Of a DNA stretch of 64,000 bases, positions 1 through 10,540 are shown piece after piece. Positions within the stretch are counted from its first letter, which is position 1, and each line of letters opens with the position of its first letter. The stretch lies in assembly GCA_001770205.1 (NCBI GenBank), contig MEQL01000061.1, positions 62,001 through 126,000 on the forward strand, written 5' to 3'. Source of the stretch: Bdellovibrionales bacterium RIFOXYD12_FULL_39_22 (GTDB lineage: Bacteria > Bdellovibrionota > Bacteriovoracia > Bacteriovoracales > Bacteriovoracaceae). The position numbers and the translations under genes were made by a program. The notes beneath the pieces were generated by a model that was given only the letters and a program-made list of their open reading frames with translations, was not told the DNA's origin and ran no database searches.

Positions 1-16
1 TCTAGGCCTCCTGATT

Positions 17-685
17 GTGCTGTTTTTTCTCGCTTTTTCAGACAAAATAATTTTGTGGACCACTGGCGCTGCCGCCATGCGTCGAGAGCTTGCTTTGGAG
101 AGTACTCTGGCCAGCTTTCAGGCACAATTAAATATAATGCACATTGATTACTACAGAAGCAGCAAGCGCCAAAACAATATTTTTTTAGTCGCTTCCTTCT
201 TTGGCCGCCCCTCAATAATCATTGGTGACACAATTGCCTCAATTCTTTCACCAGAAGAGTTTCGCCAAATTATATTTTCTGCAATTGCCCGACTTCGATA
301 TGACGCAGTGGCAAAAAAAACTTTTGTAACCACACTGCTTTCGATAATTCTTTGGCCGTTTATCATTACATCGAAAGACCCTCTAGTCATAACTATAAAA
401 AACATCTTAGTTTATTTTTTGATTCCCATTTTTTTTCTTAAGGGAAAAGTTTTTAACGATGTAGATATTGAGAAAATTATTTCCCGAAAAATCAAAATTG
501 TTTTTGGCAGCGATCAGCTTTACAAAGCGGCCATTTATAAAGTTTCAGAGGTAGAAATTAAGCGCACAAATGTCGTTAACTTTCTTGATATCTTAACCAA
601 CGAACTTTCATTAGTTCCCGTCCATACAGGTGATCATATTATTAATGCACTGCAATCGGCACATACAAATTTAAGTGGCCGATGA
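17..685 (+). CDS. Hypothetical membrane protein, weakly HtpX/M48-like but without HExxH; may begin before the window
   Basis: 222-aa ORF with hydrophobic segments; LSPEEFRQIIFSAIARLR resembles the helix that carries HExxH in M48 peptidases. Confidence 0.45.
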   Translation: MLFFLAFSDKIILWTTGAAAMRRELALESTLASFQAQLNIMHIDYYRSSKRQNNIFLVASFFGRPSIIIGDTIASILSPEEFRQIIFSAIARLRYDAVAKKTFVTTLLSIILWPFIITSKDPLVITIKNILVYFLIPIFFLKGKVFNDVDIEKIISRKIKIVFGSDQLYKAAIYKVSEVEIKRTNVVNFLDILTNELSLVPVHTGDHIINALQSAHTNLSGR

Positions 686-728
686 TTTTCGCAATAATTG
701 TAATATTGAATTAACAGGAATTGTAAAA

Positions 729-2618
729 ATGGAATCAGAGGACTCAACAGGAAAAAATAAAACAGATTTTGCTGGGTATTATCCTCTTTTTTTTACGCTC
801 ATTTTTGTTGTGCTCTCCTTTCAATACTCTTTTTCAACGCTAGAGTCGGTGCTATATGATTGGCGTATTGTCTACGACTGGGGCATTAATTTTCATAATG
901 ATATCGTTTTAATTACTTTAGATGATGAAAGTGATGATTTTTTAGGAGAAAAATATCCCTATACTTATGCTTCGCATGAACGTTTTGTTGACCGCCTGGC
1001 CAAAGATCGGCCAAGCATCATTAGCTATTTAGTAAAATTAAACGAGCCAAAATCTGCGCAGGAAAATAGCGATATTGATAAATTTAAAGAGGCAGTGTAC
1101 GCATATAAAAATCATGGGGGAATTTTTCGTTTTGCTACTTTTTTGGAAGACAATAGTGAGATTCTTCCTCCACAAAAACTAAGAGACTTGGGATACTCTT
1201 CTGCCACCATTAATTCTGATAAAACTATTTTTTCCAAAGACGATGTTGCCAGAAGAATGGCACTTAATATCTCGGGCGAGAGTACTCTACACATTTGGAT
1301 TGCAAACACTTATCGCGCAATAAAGGGATTACCACAACTAAATGAGAATTTAATTAAGGGGGCTTATTACGATAAGGAGGCAGATGCGATTTATTCTCTT
1401 TTCCGCTATCACACATCCCCTCTAGAAAACAAGCACCGGATTAGTCGAATTCCTTTTCATCGGGTTGCCGTAGGAAATTTTCCTAAGGGCTTTTTTTCTA
1501 ATAAAATAGTTTTAATTGGTTCTTCTTATTTTTCTAGTCGTGCCGACTTTATGTTAACCCCCTTCAACACCGAAAACAAAGATGTCTCACAACTAACGAT
1601 TCATGCGGAAATGATTGAGTCTTTGATTTTGGAAAAAACAGTTCAACAGCTACCGCAGATGCTTACTAATTTTTTATCTCTGATAATTGCGGTGGTTTTA
1701 TCAATAATAATTTCTAAAGTTCGGCCAACAAGGGGACTTTTGATTACCGTTGGCGTCACTATCGGAATTTTTCTCACTTCTACCATTTTGTTTTCTGTCT
1801 TTGGCCTGTGGCTATATACAGTGCATATTCTTCTGACGGTGGTTATTGTCTATTATATTTTAATTCCCTTCCGGGCAATCAATGAATATCAGCGTCGTTT
1901 TGCAATTCAGGAAGAGACAAAACTTTTACGAAAAGTAGAAAATTTAAAACAAAATTTTATCTCACTTATGAGTCATGATCTAAAAACTCCAGTGGCAAAA
2001 ATTGCAGGAATGGCCGATGTTCTCTTGCAACAGCACAAAAACAATCATCCAGAATTGGCCAAGGGCCTGGTTGGAATAATTGACTCTACTAAGGAGTTAA
2101 ATCGCTTCATAACCTCTATTCTAGATTTAACCAAGGTAGAGTCGCATAATCTAAAGCTAAATCTTGCTTCAAAAGATATAAACACTGTGGTGGAAAGTGT
2201 AGTAGAGGAACTTCGCTTTGAAGCGGCCAACAAAGAAAGCACTCTTTTATTAAAAACCTCTCCTCTTTATCCAATTCAAATTGATGTTGTGCTGATGAAG
2301 CGAGTTATTTCCAACTTGGTGGAAAACGCATTAAAATATTCTGGACGCCAGGCAAAAATTGAAATCGAAACCTGGGATGATGCGGAATGGGTTTATGTAA
2401 AAGTTGCGGATAGTGGACCTGGTATTTCTGCTGAAGACTTAGATTTAATTTTTGATAAATTTTATAGGGTAAAAAATGATGCCAATCACTCTATCAAAGG
2501 TTCTGGTTTGGGACTATTTCTTGTAAAATATTTTGTGGAGCTTCACGGTGGAACTATTTCTGTGGAATCCAAACTGGGTGAAGGAACTGCTTTTAAAGTT
2601 AAATTAAAAAATGTATAA
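729..2618 (+). CDS. CHASE2-domain sensor histidine kinase
   Basis: N-terminal TM, CHASE2-like region (DIVLITLDD, KIVLIG), 3 TM helices, H-box SHDLKTP, N-box NLVENALKY, G-boxes DSGPG and GSGLGL; ATG 729 preferred over GTG 675. Confidence 0.88.
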   Translation: MESEDSTGKNKTDFAGYYPLFFTLIFVVLSFQYSFSTLESVLYDWRIVYDWGINFHNDIVLITLDDESDDFLGEKYPYTYASHERFVDRLAKDRPSIISYLVKLNEPKSAQENSDIDKFKEAVYAYKNHGGIFRFATFLEDNSEILPPQKLRDLGYSSATINSDKTIFSKDDVARRMALNISGESTLHIWIANTYRAIKGLPQLNENLIKGAYYDKEADAIYSLFRYHTSPLENKHRISRIPFHRVAVGNFPKGFFSNKIVLIGSSYFSSRADFMLTPFNTENKDVSQLTIHAEMIESLILEKTVQQLPQMLTNFLSLIIAVVLSIIISKVRPTRGLLITVGVTIGIFLTSTILFSVFGLWLYTVHILLTVVIVYYILIPFRAINEYQRRFAIQEETKLLRKVENLKQNFISLMSHDLKTPVAKIAGMADVLLQQHKNNHPELAKGLVGIIDSTKELNRFITSILDLTKVESHNLKLNLASKDINTVVESVVEELRFEAANKESTLLLKTSPLYPIQIDVVLMKRVISNLVENALKYSGRQAKIEIETWDDAEWVYVKVADSGPGISAEDLDLIFDKFYRVKNDANHSIKGSGLGLFLVKYFVELHGGTISVESKLGEGTAFKVKLKNV

Positions 2619-2666
2619 AGATAAGGAGACGAGCGTCGCGTGCAGCTTAGCTAGGAGCGTAATAAA

Positions 2667-4190
2667 ATGCATAAAGTATTGGTTGTCGATGATGATAAGG
2701 TTTTGCAAGAATCGGTTAAGCAGGCCTTAGAATTTCACCATTTCATTGTAGAAGTTGCCGATAATGGCCGGGAGGCAGTTAACGCTGTTTTGCGCCAAAA
2801 ATATGATCTCGTCGTAATGGACGTAAACATGCCAGAGATGACGGGAATTGAGGCGCTTGTAGAGATAAAAAAACATGATCCCTCAATTATTGTTCTTATT
2901 CTGACCGCCTATTCTAATGTGGGGGATGCGGTAAAGGCCGTCAAAGAAGGGGCCTATAATTACCTAGAAAAGCCAATTCAATCTGACAACCTCGTGGCCT
3001 TAATTAAGCGCGCATTGAAAGCACGATCTTTAGTTGAAACCTCTGCTTTTTCTGCCCCCAAACTTTCTTTGGGTGGGGAATCAAGCGACTCTTTTGTTGG
3101 TGAGTCGCATGAAATGAAAAAAGTTTTCAACATTATTTATAAACTTGCACAAGTCAACACTCCAGTGTTAATTCGCGGAGAATCAGGAACAGGAAAAGAG
3201 CTAGTGGCCAAGGCCATTCATTACAACGGGCCTCGCAAAGACGGGAAGTTTGTAACAATAAATTTGGCGGCAATTCCGGACACTCTTATTGAATCGGAGT
3301 TATTTGGCCATGAAAAAGGGGCGTTCACTGGCGCATCAGAACGCAAAATTGGTAAATTTCAATATGCAGATGGTGGCACTATTTTTCTTGATGAGATTGG
3401 AGATGTTGGCCCACAGATGCAGGTAAAATTATTGCGCGTGTTACAGGAGCGCTCTTTTACTCCTGTTGGTTCCAACCGTACCGTCAATGTGGATGTTCGC
3501 GTTATTGCGGCATCTCATAAACATTTTGAAGAGATGATTAAAGTTGGAACATTTCGAGAAGATCTTTTTTACCGCTTAAATGTTCTTCCCGTTTATCTGC
3601 CACCGTTGCGCGAGAGAATTTCTGATATTTCACATTTGGTTGATTATTATATAAAATATTTCAACAATGTTCACAATCTTAGTATCAAAGGAGTTAGTCC
3701 TGATGCCATGAAGGCCATGACCGATTATGCCTGGCCAGGAAATATTCGCGAGCTTCGAAACGTAATAGAGCACGCTTTCATTGTGGAATATACTGACTAT
3801 ATTGGCCTAATGTCTCTTCCAGAAACTTTACGTAAAAATATAAAAGGCCACCTGGCAGCAGATCCAAATAGTGACACTGAGCGCGACAATAGCGAAATGA
3901 TCGATCTTGATGGAATTAAAAATTCTGTATTAGATAGAGAAGATGGTACAAATACCTCTGGCATCAATACTGGTGATGCGAAGTTCACCTTTACCATTAA
4001 AAATCGCAGCACTGAAGTTTCCATGGATTTTCAAGTTGCCAAAGATATTTTTGAAAAAGAATTCATCATTCAGGCCTTAATGATGAACAAAGGTAAGATA
4101 AATCAAACTGCTTTAAAGGCCAATATTCCCAAAAAGACCCTGCTTCGTAAAATTGAGAAATACGAGATCAACCCCAAGGAATATTATTAG
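2667..4190 (+). CDS. Sigma54-dependent response regulator (NtrC family)
   Basis: REC domain (VLVVDDD, MDVNMP), Walker A GESGTGKE, GAFTGA, FLDEIG, WPGNIREL, C-terminal Fis-type HTH; RBS AGGAG upstream. Confidence 0.95.
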   Translation: MHKVLVVDDDKVLQESVKQALEFHHFIVEVADNGREAVNAVLRQKYDLVVMDVNMPEMTGIEALVEIKKHDPSIIVLILTAYSNVGDAVKAVKEGAYNYLEKPIQSDNLVALIKRALKARSLVETSAFSAPKLSLGGESSDSFVGESHEMKKVFNIIYKLAQVNTPVLIRGESGTGKELVAKAIHYNGPRKDGKFVTINLAAIPDTLIESELFGHEKGAFTGASERKIGKFQYADGGTIFLDEIGDVGPQMQVKLLRVLQERSFTPVGSNRTVNVDVRVIAASHKHFEEMIKVGTFREDLFYRLNVLPVYLPPLRERISDISHLVDYYIKYFNNVHNLSIKGVSPDAMKAMTDYAWPGNIRELRNVIEHAFIVEYTDYIGLMSLPETLRKNIKGHLAADPNSDTERDNSEMIDLDGIKNSVLDREDGTNTSGINTGDAKFTFTIKNRSTEVSMDFQVAKDIFEKEFIIQALMMNKGKINQTALKANIPKKTLLRKIEKYEINPKEYY

Positions 4191-4730
4191 ATGAAACAGA
4201 GGGACAATGGAATAATTAGAGTTGCTATCATATTGGCGGTAATAATCATTCTCGATCAGATTACCAAGATATTTATTAAAACAAATTTTTATCAAGGGGA
4301 ATCCATTCCTGTTCTCGCCAATTTTTTTAGTATTACCTATGTGCGAAATACTGGTGCGGCGTTTGGTTTTTTGGCATCGGCAGGAGAAATTGTTCGCAAA
4401 ATTTTTCTACTGGGAGCGCCAATTATTTTTGGTGTCTGGCTAGGAAGAATGATCTGGCTTTCTCGCAATAATGCTGTTTTTTTAAATACAGGATATACCT
4501 TGATTTTGGCAGGGGGTATTGGCAATTTAATTGACCGCATCGCCTATGGCTACGTAGTAGATTTTCTTGATTGTTTTTATGGTACATATCATTGGCCGGC
4601 ATTTAATGTCGCAGACTCCTCGATAACTATTGGTGCGGCAGTTTTGATTGTTGATTTAGTTTTTTTCCACAAGGCAGAATCATTGGCCTCGACAGATGGG
4701 CCAGTTGCGGAGAATGACAAGGGACAGTAA
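4191..4730 (+). CDS. lspA: Lipoprotein signal peptidase II
   Basis: DQITK, NTGAAFG, GNLIDR, VVDF, FNVAD motifs. Confidence 0.96.
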   Translation: MKQRDNGIIRVAIILAVIIILDQITKIFIKTNFYQGESIPVLANFFSITYVRNTGAAFGFLASAGEIVRKIFLLGAPIIFGVWLGRMIWLSRNNAVFLNTGYTLILAGGIGNLIDRIAYGYVVDFLDCFYGTYHWPAFNVADSSITIGAAVLIVDLVFFHKAESLASTDGPVAENDKGQ

Positions 4731-4734
4731 TTAA

Positions 4735-5487
4735 TTGTATCCCATACTTTTTCAATCACACTTTTTAACTATTTATGCTTATCCACTTTTTCTAGGATTG
4801 GCCTGGGGAATTGCCTATAATTTTGCCAAAAAAATATTAGTAGAAGATCGCACTATTTTGACTTCTCAAAAATTCCATATTTTTTTTGGTGGATTATTTC
4901 TTTCTGGATGGGTTGGAGCAAAAATCGCTTTTTTAATATTTTCGGTTAATGATCGAGGCCAAGCACTACAGCTTTTTTCAAATGATAATTTTTGGCTTGG
5001 TGGTGGATTCGTTTTCTATGGTGGCCTAATGGCCGGAGCACTTTTTCTATTTATTTACAATTTTTTTGAGAAAGTATTAACCCTTGAACTTTTTGCTCAA
5101 ATCACTTTTCCACTGGCACTTGCTCATGCATTAGGAAGGATTGGGTGTTTTTTGGCCGGTTGTTGTTACGGATCTGCTAGCAACGTTCCTTGGTCTATTC
5201 ATCTACATAACGATAATCGGCATCCTACTCAATTATATGAGGCGTTTTTACTGCTGGGATTGGCCTTCGTTTTGCGCCAAAAACTTATTCAAAAAAAGTC
5301 TCCTTCTTTAATTATCTTTTTATATCTTGGGGCATATTCTCTTTTACGTTTTTTTTTGGAGTTTTTCCGAGGAGATATTGTTCGTGGAGTTTACGGACAG
5401 CTCTCTACTTCTCAAATTATTTCTATTATAATTTTATTGGCCACCATTATTTGGCAAAGAGTTGTGAGAAATGAGCAAAAAATTTAA
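4735..5487 (+). CDS. lgt: Prolipoprotein diacylglyceryl transferase
   Basis: MYPILF start, FYGG, GRIGCF, HPTQLYE, RFFLEFFR motifs. Confidence 0.93.
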   Translation: MYPILFQSHFLTIYAYPLFLGLAWGIAYNFAKKILVEDRTILTSQKFHIFFGGLFLSGWVGAKIAFLIFSVNDRGQALQLFSNDNFWLGGGFVFYGGLMAGALFLFIYNFFEKVLTLELFAQITFPLALAHALGRIGCFLAGCCYGSASNVPWSIHLHNDNRHPTQLYEAFLLLGLAFVLRQKLIQKKSPSLIIFLYLGAYSLLRFFLEFFRGDIVRGVYGQLSTSQIISIIILLATIIWQRVVRNEQKI

Positions 5488-6058
5488 ATCAAAAATATAT
5501 ACTAAACGAGGTGACCAGGGAGAGACTTCTTTGGTCTCTGGCACAACAGTTTCTAAAAGCAATTTGCGCGTTGAGGCCTACGGTACTATTGATGAATTAA
5601 ATTCTTTTGTTGGGTTGCTGGCCAGCTCTCTTTCTTCTTATGCGGCACCTTTCGATACTGTTTCTAGCTCATTGCAGCAAATTCAAAATCAACTTTTTGT
5701 TATGGGAAGTCGCTTGGCCTGTGAGATTAAATTTCATGAAAAACATAAATTAAAAAGAATCTCTGAGCAAAATATTCTAGACCTTGAAGAGCAAATTGAC
5801 TTCTTAGATAGTGCGCTGCCACCGCTTTCTAACTTTATCCTTCCGGCAGGAACAAATTCATCATGTCTCTCTCACGTCTGTCGAACGATTTGTCGACGGG
5901 CCGAACGACTACTTATTCGTTTTGGGGAAGAAATCTCAGAAGAGCGCGATGAAATCAATTTAATTTTTATTAATCGGCTTTCTGATTATTTTTTTGTTCT
6001 GGCCAGGTTTTTAAACGTTCAAAAGAGCAACGGCCCAGAAGTTGTTTGGAGAGAATAG
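5471..6058 (+). CDS. ATP:cob(I)alamin adenosyltransferase, PduO type
   Basis: KIYTKRGDQGET, YGTIDELNS, RTICRRAER, NRLSDYFF. Confidence 0.93.
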   Translation: MSKKFKSKIYTKRGDQGETSLVSGTTVSKSNLRVEAYGTIDELNSFVGLLASSLSSYAAPFDTVSSSLQQIQNQLFVMGSRLACEIKFHEKHKLKRISEQNILDLEEQIDFLDSALPPLSNFILPAGTNSSCLSHVCRTICRRAERLLIRFGEEISEERDEINLIFINRLSDYFFVLARFLNVQKSNGPEVVWRE

Positions 6059-6113
6059 AATAAAATAAAATTAAAAAATATAAATATTGGGCCGGCCCAT
6101 TATGGATAATTGT

Positions 6114-6950
6114 CTATTGTTCATTTGAAAATTCTTCAACAATTCTTTTCCCGGCCTTTGTGCTTGCGGCTGATAGTGCTTTGATTATTGTCATCGCAAA
6201 CAAGTTGTTCATCTTTGTCATTTCTGGCCGCTTATGTGTGGCGACATAGTCTGCTAATTCAGAATCAGATAATTCTTTATACGTGAACAAATTACTTATT
6301 ACCACTGTGTTATAAATATTTTTACGCAACCCTGGTACCATTCCGTCTAAAATTGAATCTAGCGCTTGCTGCGTCATGCGCTTATCTTTTGGTAGAGCAT
6401 AATTTATCCCATACATAATCCCAAAGATCATTTCTTTGGCAATTGCAAACCCAATCTCTGTTTGCATTGCCAACAGATCGAGTTCAACAACCAGCTGAGC
6501 ACGTCTCTGGCCAGGAGGATTGGCCTCGAAACCCTCTGCATATTTTACTACTGCTTGTTGTGCAGAAGGTTCTGATGCTATTGATTCAAGCTTGGTAACT
6601 CGCTTCATAAGAGTACTGTTGTATATTGTCAGTATGCTGTTTATTTCTTCAGAAGAAAGTTCCTTTTCAAAGGCATCGCGAATTTGCAGCAATAGCTGAG
6701 AAGAATCAAATGATTCTTCTATGATCTTTTCAAATTTAACAAATTGAGATGAAGACATTTTTGATTTTTCTTTTTGAGCAGAAAGATGGGCCTGTATATT
6801 ATCATCTATTGCCATTATCTGCTTATCCATTCCTGTTGCCAAAAGTAACTTGTCCACAGGCCCCTTTGGGGGAGGAGGGGCAGAGGCGCAAGAAATCGCC
6901 AAGGTCAGGATGAGAAAAGATAACAATTTGCTAAAAAAATTTTCTTTCAT
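6114..6950 (-). CDS. Putative lipoprotein with DUF2059-like helical repeats
   Basis: Lipobox LAISC; two related segments, LSSEEINSILTIYNS and LSDSELADYVATHKR. Confidence 0.6.
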   Translation of the reverse strand: MKENFFSKLLSFLILTLAISCASAPPPPKGPVDKLLLATGMDKQIMAIDDNIQAHLSAQKEKSKMSSSQFVKFEKIIEESFDSSQLLLQIRDAFEKELSSEEINSILTIYNSTLMKRVTKLESIASEPSAQQAVVKYAEGFEANPPGQRRAQLVVELDLLAMQTEIGFAIAKEMIFGIMYGINYALPKDKRMTQQALDSILDGMVPGLRKNIYNTVVISNLFTYKELSDSELADYVATHKRPEMTKMNNLFAMTIIKALSAASTKAGKRIVEEFSNEQ

Positions 6951-7281
6951 TGAATCTCCACAGATATTGGCCCGCGACAGAAGAGAAAAAAGTTAGTACT
7001 GTTGCTGGCATACAAATTGTGCGCCATAAAGATTCTAGAGGAGGAGTTCTCAAATGTCTAAAATTCTATGCGTTATCGCCGGATAGAGCATAATTTGCTT
7101 TTCGAAAGGAGCGCTCAGATAGCAAAAATATTTTTAAAAAAGCTCCGATCTTTTTGGTCAAGTTCGAAGTATTATAAATCCACTTTTTCATTGCATCTGA
7201 CAGACTAATGATATTAGAGATAGTGAACGGAAGAAACAATTCCCCTGTTAAGTTTCTATTAATTCTGTTTTAATTTATTCG

Positions 7282-9981
7282 ATGTCACACTATAAAAATA
7301 TACCCATTGGGGCCCGCTATATTAGCGATACTGAGCCAGAACTGGGCCTGGGAATAATAAAGATGGTCGCCGATAAAAAGGTGTCTCTTTTTTTTCCTAG
7401 TGCTAAGCAAATCAGAACCTATGGCCAAAACAACGCTCCAATCAGAAGAGTTGTTTTTCAAATTGGCGATCGCGTAAAAAATTTAAATGGGGAAGTTATC
7501 GAGATTTTAAAAGTCCTCGGTGGCAATGACGAAATTATCACCTATCTGGGTGATGGCAAAAGTTTTAGTGAAACGGAATTAGACTCTTCTATTCACTTTA
7601 ATCGTCCGGAGGCCCGCCTTTTTAATCTCTCTTTTGATAAATCGGCAATCTTCGGCCTCCGTTATGAGACACTTATGCATGAGCAGCGATTACAGCAAAA
7701 CCCGCTGCGAGGATTTCTCGGTTGCCGTTTAGCGCTTATCCCTCATCAACTCTATTTGGCCAATAAAGTTGCCCAGTATGTTGCTCCGAGAGTTTTATTG
7801 GCAGATGAAGTTGGCCTGGGGAAAACTATTGAGGCCGGACTACTTATCCACAAACTTCTTCTAGACAATCGTGTTAGTCGTGTCCTTATTTTGGTTCCAA
7901 CCGGCCTTACTTATCAGTGGTTTGTTGAAATGTATCGTAAATTTAATTTACGTTTTCGAGTGATTAATCAAGAAGAATATCGCGACGAAGATAAAAATCC
8001 TTTTTTTGAAAGTGAACTTGTAATTTGTAATATTGGATTGCTTAAAGGATCTACCCTGGCATTTGATTTAATCAATGAGGTTGAGTGGGACTTAGTGGCC
8101 GTTGATGAAGCACATCAACTCAAGTGGGGTCGGGATGGCAGCAGCATTGAATACCAAATTGTGCAAAAAATTTCTCAAAAATCTCCTGGCCTAATTTTGC
8201 TAACCGCTACCCCTGAACAATTTGGTATTGAAGGCCATTTTGCAAGATTACATCTTATCGACCCCAAACGTTTTTGTGATCTAGATAAATTTATTGCAGA
8301 ACGAGAAAAATATCGAGAATTGGCGCTACAGATACCTACAATGCCTCATTCGCAAATAGAAAACTTGATTGACCAGTATGGCACTGGCCGCGTATTTTTC
8401 AGAAATAGTCGAACAACAATGGAGGGACAATTTGAATTTTTCCCCCGTAGAATTTTAAAAGAATATCCCATAATTAATAACTCCAAACAAAAGATCGCAG
8501 GCCATGAAAATGATGACTCCTGCACGGTGGCATTTAATTTAAAAAGCAAATGGCTAATTAATTTTTTAAATAATAAAGGCCAAGGAAAGATTTTTTTAAT
8601 TTGTCGCTCCAAAAAGAAGATTCTGCAATTAGAACGCATCTTAAAGGAGAATATTCCTAATATTAAAATTGCCCTTTTTCACAGCGACTTAACACTTATG
8701 GCCCGCGATCGACAGATTGCCTACTTCGCTGAACCCGATGGCGCTACTATTTTGCTTTGTACCGAGATTGGCAGTGAGGGGAGAAATTTTGAATTTGCCA
8801 GTCAGATGGTAATGTTTGATTTACCAAATAATCCCGACATGCTTGAGCAAAGGATTGGAAGACTAGATCGCATTGGACAAAAACGAGATATTTTTATTCA
8901 CCTTCCATACGTCAGCAATAGTTGGGAGGAGACTCTTTTTCTTTGGTATAAAGAGGGACTTGACGCCTTCAGTTACACAGTAAAAGGAAGTGAACAAATT
9001 TTCAATTTATGCCAGCAGCAACTGCATAATGCCTGCTTGGATGATCACAAGGAAAGTCGATCCGCGGCATTATCGAATCTTCTTGTTTATACTAGGGAGG
9101 AATATAAAAAACTGAAACAAGAATTAGAAGCAGGCAAGGATCTTCTTGTTGAACTTAATTCTTTTAACAATGATGTTGCTGCTTCTCTTGTGTCTCAAAT
9201 AAAAGAAAGTGATCGTTCATCAATTTTGAAGATGTATCTCGATAAAGTTTTCCATCATCTTGGAGTAGAGGAGGAGGATCTTGATAAAAGCTCGCATTAT
9301 ATCCGCCCGGGAGATAACATGTATGTTCCTCACTTTCCAGAACTCCCCCACAAGGGAATTACTATCACCTATGATCGTGCTCGCGCTCTAGAGCGGGAAG
9401 ATTTTACTTTTCTATCTTGGGATCATCCTATGGCCGCTGGAGTAATTGAGCTTATTTTAAGTAACGAGTTTGGCAATGTTTCTGTTGGCCGCTGGAAAGA
9501 TAGCAGCGTCAAAAAAATCATCTTTGAGTCTATTTATGTTTTTAAATCTTTGGCCCAAAAAGGAGTTCCCACCTTTCGTTTTTTCCCCACGCAAATTATT
9601 CGCACCTTGACCGACACAGAAGGAAATGACTATTCGAAAAAGTACAGTAAAGAACAAATGGATGAGAAAATTTTAGATATTTCATCTAACGATAAAAATT
9701 CTTTTCTACTTTTGGCGCAAATTCCTAGAGATACAATATTGGCCGCCCTGAAAATCGCAGAGCGCATTGCCATTCAATCACTGCCGTCTATTAAGAATGG
9801 TTTTAGAAACGATGTCGTTTTGTTTCATGATAAAGAGATTTCGCGTCTGCAAGAATTAAGTAAAAAAAACAGTGAAGACAATAGAGATGAAATTTTCTTA
9901 TTGGAGAAGCAGCGCGAGGACTTAATCAGTATTTTGACAAAATCAGAAATGTATCTCGACTCTTTTCGTCTCATTTTTTAA
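7282..9981 (+). CDS. rapA: RNA polymerase-associated SNF2-family ATPase RapA/HepA
   Basis: EPELGLG N-terminus, LLADEVGLGKT, DEAH, TATP, SEGRNF, QRIGRLDRIGQ, FLSWDHP. Confidence 0.93.
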   Translation: MSHYKNIPIGARYISDTEPELGLGIIKMVADKKVSLFFPSAKQIRTYGQNNAPIRRVVFQIGDRVKNLNGEVIEILKVLGGNDEIITYLGDGKSFSETELDSSIHFNRPEARLFNLSFDKSAIFGLRYETLMHEQRLQQNPLRGFLGCRLALIPHQLYLANKVAQYVAPRVLLADEVGLGKTIEAGLLIHKLLLDNRVSRVLILVPTGLTYQWFVEMYRKFNLRFRVINQEEYRDEDKNPFFESELVICNIGLLKGSTLAFDLINEVEWDLVAVDEAHQLKWGRDGSSIEYQIVQKISQKSPGLILLTATPEQFGIEGHFARLHLIDPKRFCDLDKFIAEREKYRELALQIPTMPHSQIENLIDQYGTGRVFFRNSRTTMEGQFEFFPRRILKEYPIINNSKQKIAGHENDDSCTVAFNLKSKWLINFLNNKGQGKIFLICRSKKKILQLERILKENIPNIKIALFHSDLTLMARDRQIAYFAEPDGATILLCTEIGSEGRNFEFASQMVMFDLPNNPDMLEQRIGRLDRIGQKRDIFIHLPYVSNSWEETLFLWYKEGLDAFSYTVKGSEQIFNLCQQQLHNACLDDHKESRSAALSNLLVYTREEYKKLKQELEAGKDLLVELNSFNNDVAASLVSQIKESDRSSILKMYLDKVFHHLGVEEEDLDKSSHYIRPGDNMYVPHFPELPHKGITITYDRARALEREDFTFLSWDHPMAAGVIELILSNEFGNVSVGRWKDSSVKKIIFESIYVFKSLAQKGVPTFRFFPTQIIRTLTDTEGNDYSKKYSKEQMDEKILDISSNDKNSFLLLAQIPRDTILAALKIAERIAIQSLPSIKNGFRNDVVLFHDKEISRLQELSKKNSEDNRDEIFLLEKQREDLISILTKSEMYLDSFRLIF

Positions 9982-10011
9982 TCAAATTTTTCGGCATTTA
10001 GTGAGTTAGTT

Positions 10012-10323
10012 CTATTTGCTTTCGCGAAGTCGCCTTAATTCCAAATCAACATCGCCGATAAGTGCCGTGTGAATCTCCTGAAGTTTATAGTTCATTGCCT
10101 GTTGTGCGCGCCCCAGCCGGCCAGACGAATACTCTTCGATTAAATCCATATAGCGTAACCGCAAATATAGTGATTGTTCGGCCAGCTCTTTAATTCTGTG
10201 CTCAACAGCTTCAGGCGAGTCTATAGAGGAAGAGGCAACGGCCAAGGAGGAGTAAGAAATGGTTGATAAAAACACCATTAAAGCAACACCTAAAAAGGTA
10301 AAGACCAAACTTGATTTTTTCAT
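10012..10323 (-). CDS. Small hypothetical secreted protein
   Basis: From ATG 10323, a signal-peptide-like MKKSSLVFTFLGVALMVFL followed by a helical domain. Confidence 0.5.
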   Translation of the reverse strand: MKKSSLVFTFLGVALMVFLSTISYSSLAVASSSIDSPEAVEHRIKELAEQSLYLRLRYMDLIEEYSSGRLGRAQQAMNYKLQEIHTALIGDVDLELRRLRESK

Positions 10324-10540
10324 AGGCATCAACCTAGCATGTTTTGCTGTTTGGATCAAAAAAGAAATTCAGGAGGTGCCAAGTTGTGAAAAAATTATAT
10401 GTCTCAATTTTCAAATAGGCCGACCGAAGCACTTTTCTTTTGTTATATTTGTTTTTTGTGGGGAAAAAGGGTTTGTCTTATTTTTTTAAAAAGAGATGAT
10501 ATTATCTTAACTAGATCATTTTTAATTTTACGGATCTCAC

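Noticed and set aside
6088..6099. Palindrome TGGGCCGGCCCA between convergent genes
   Set aside because: Short and without a clear U-tract; at most a weak terminator, and expected given the GGCC abundance
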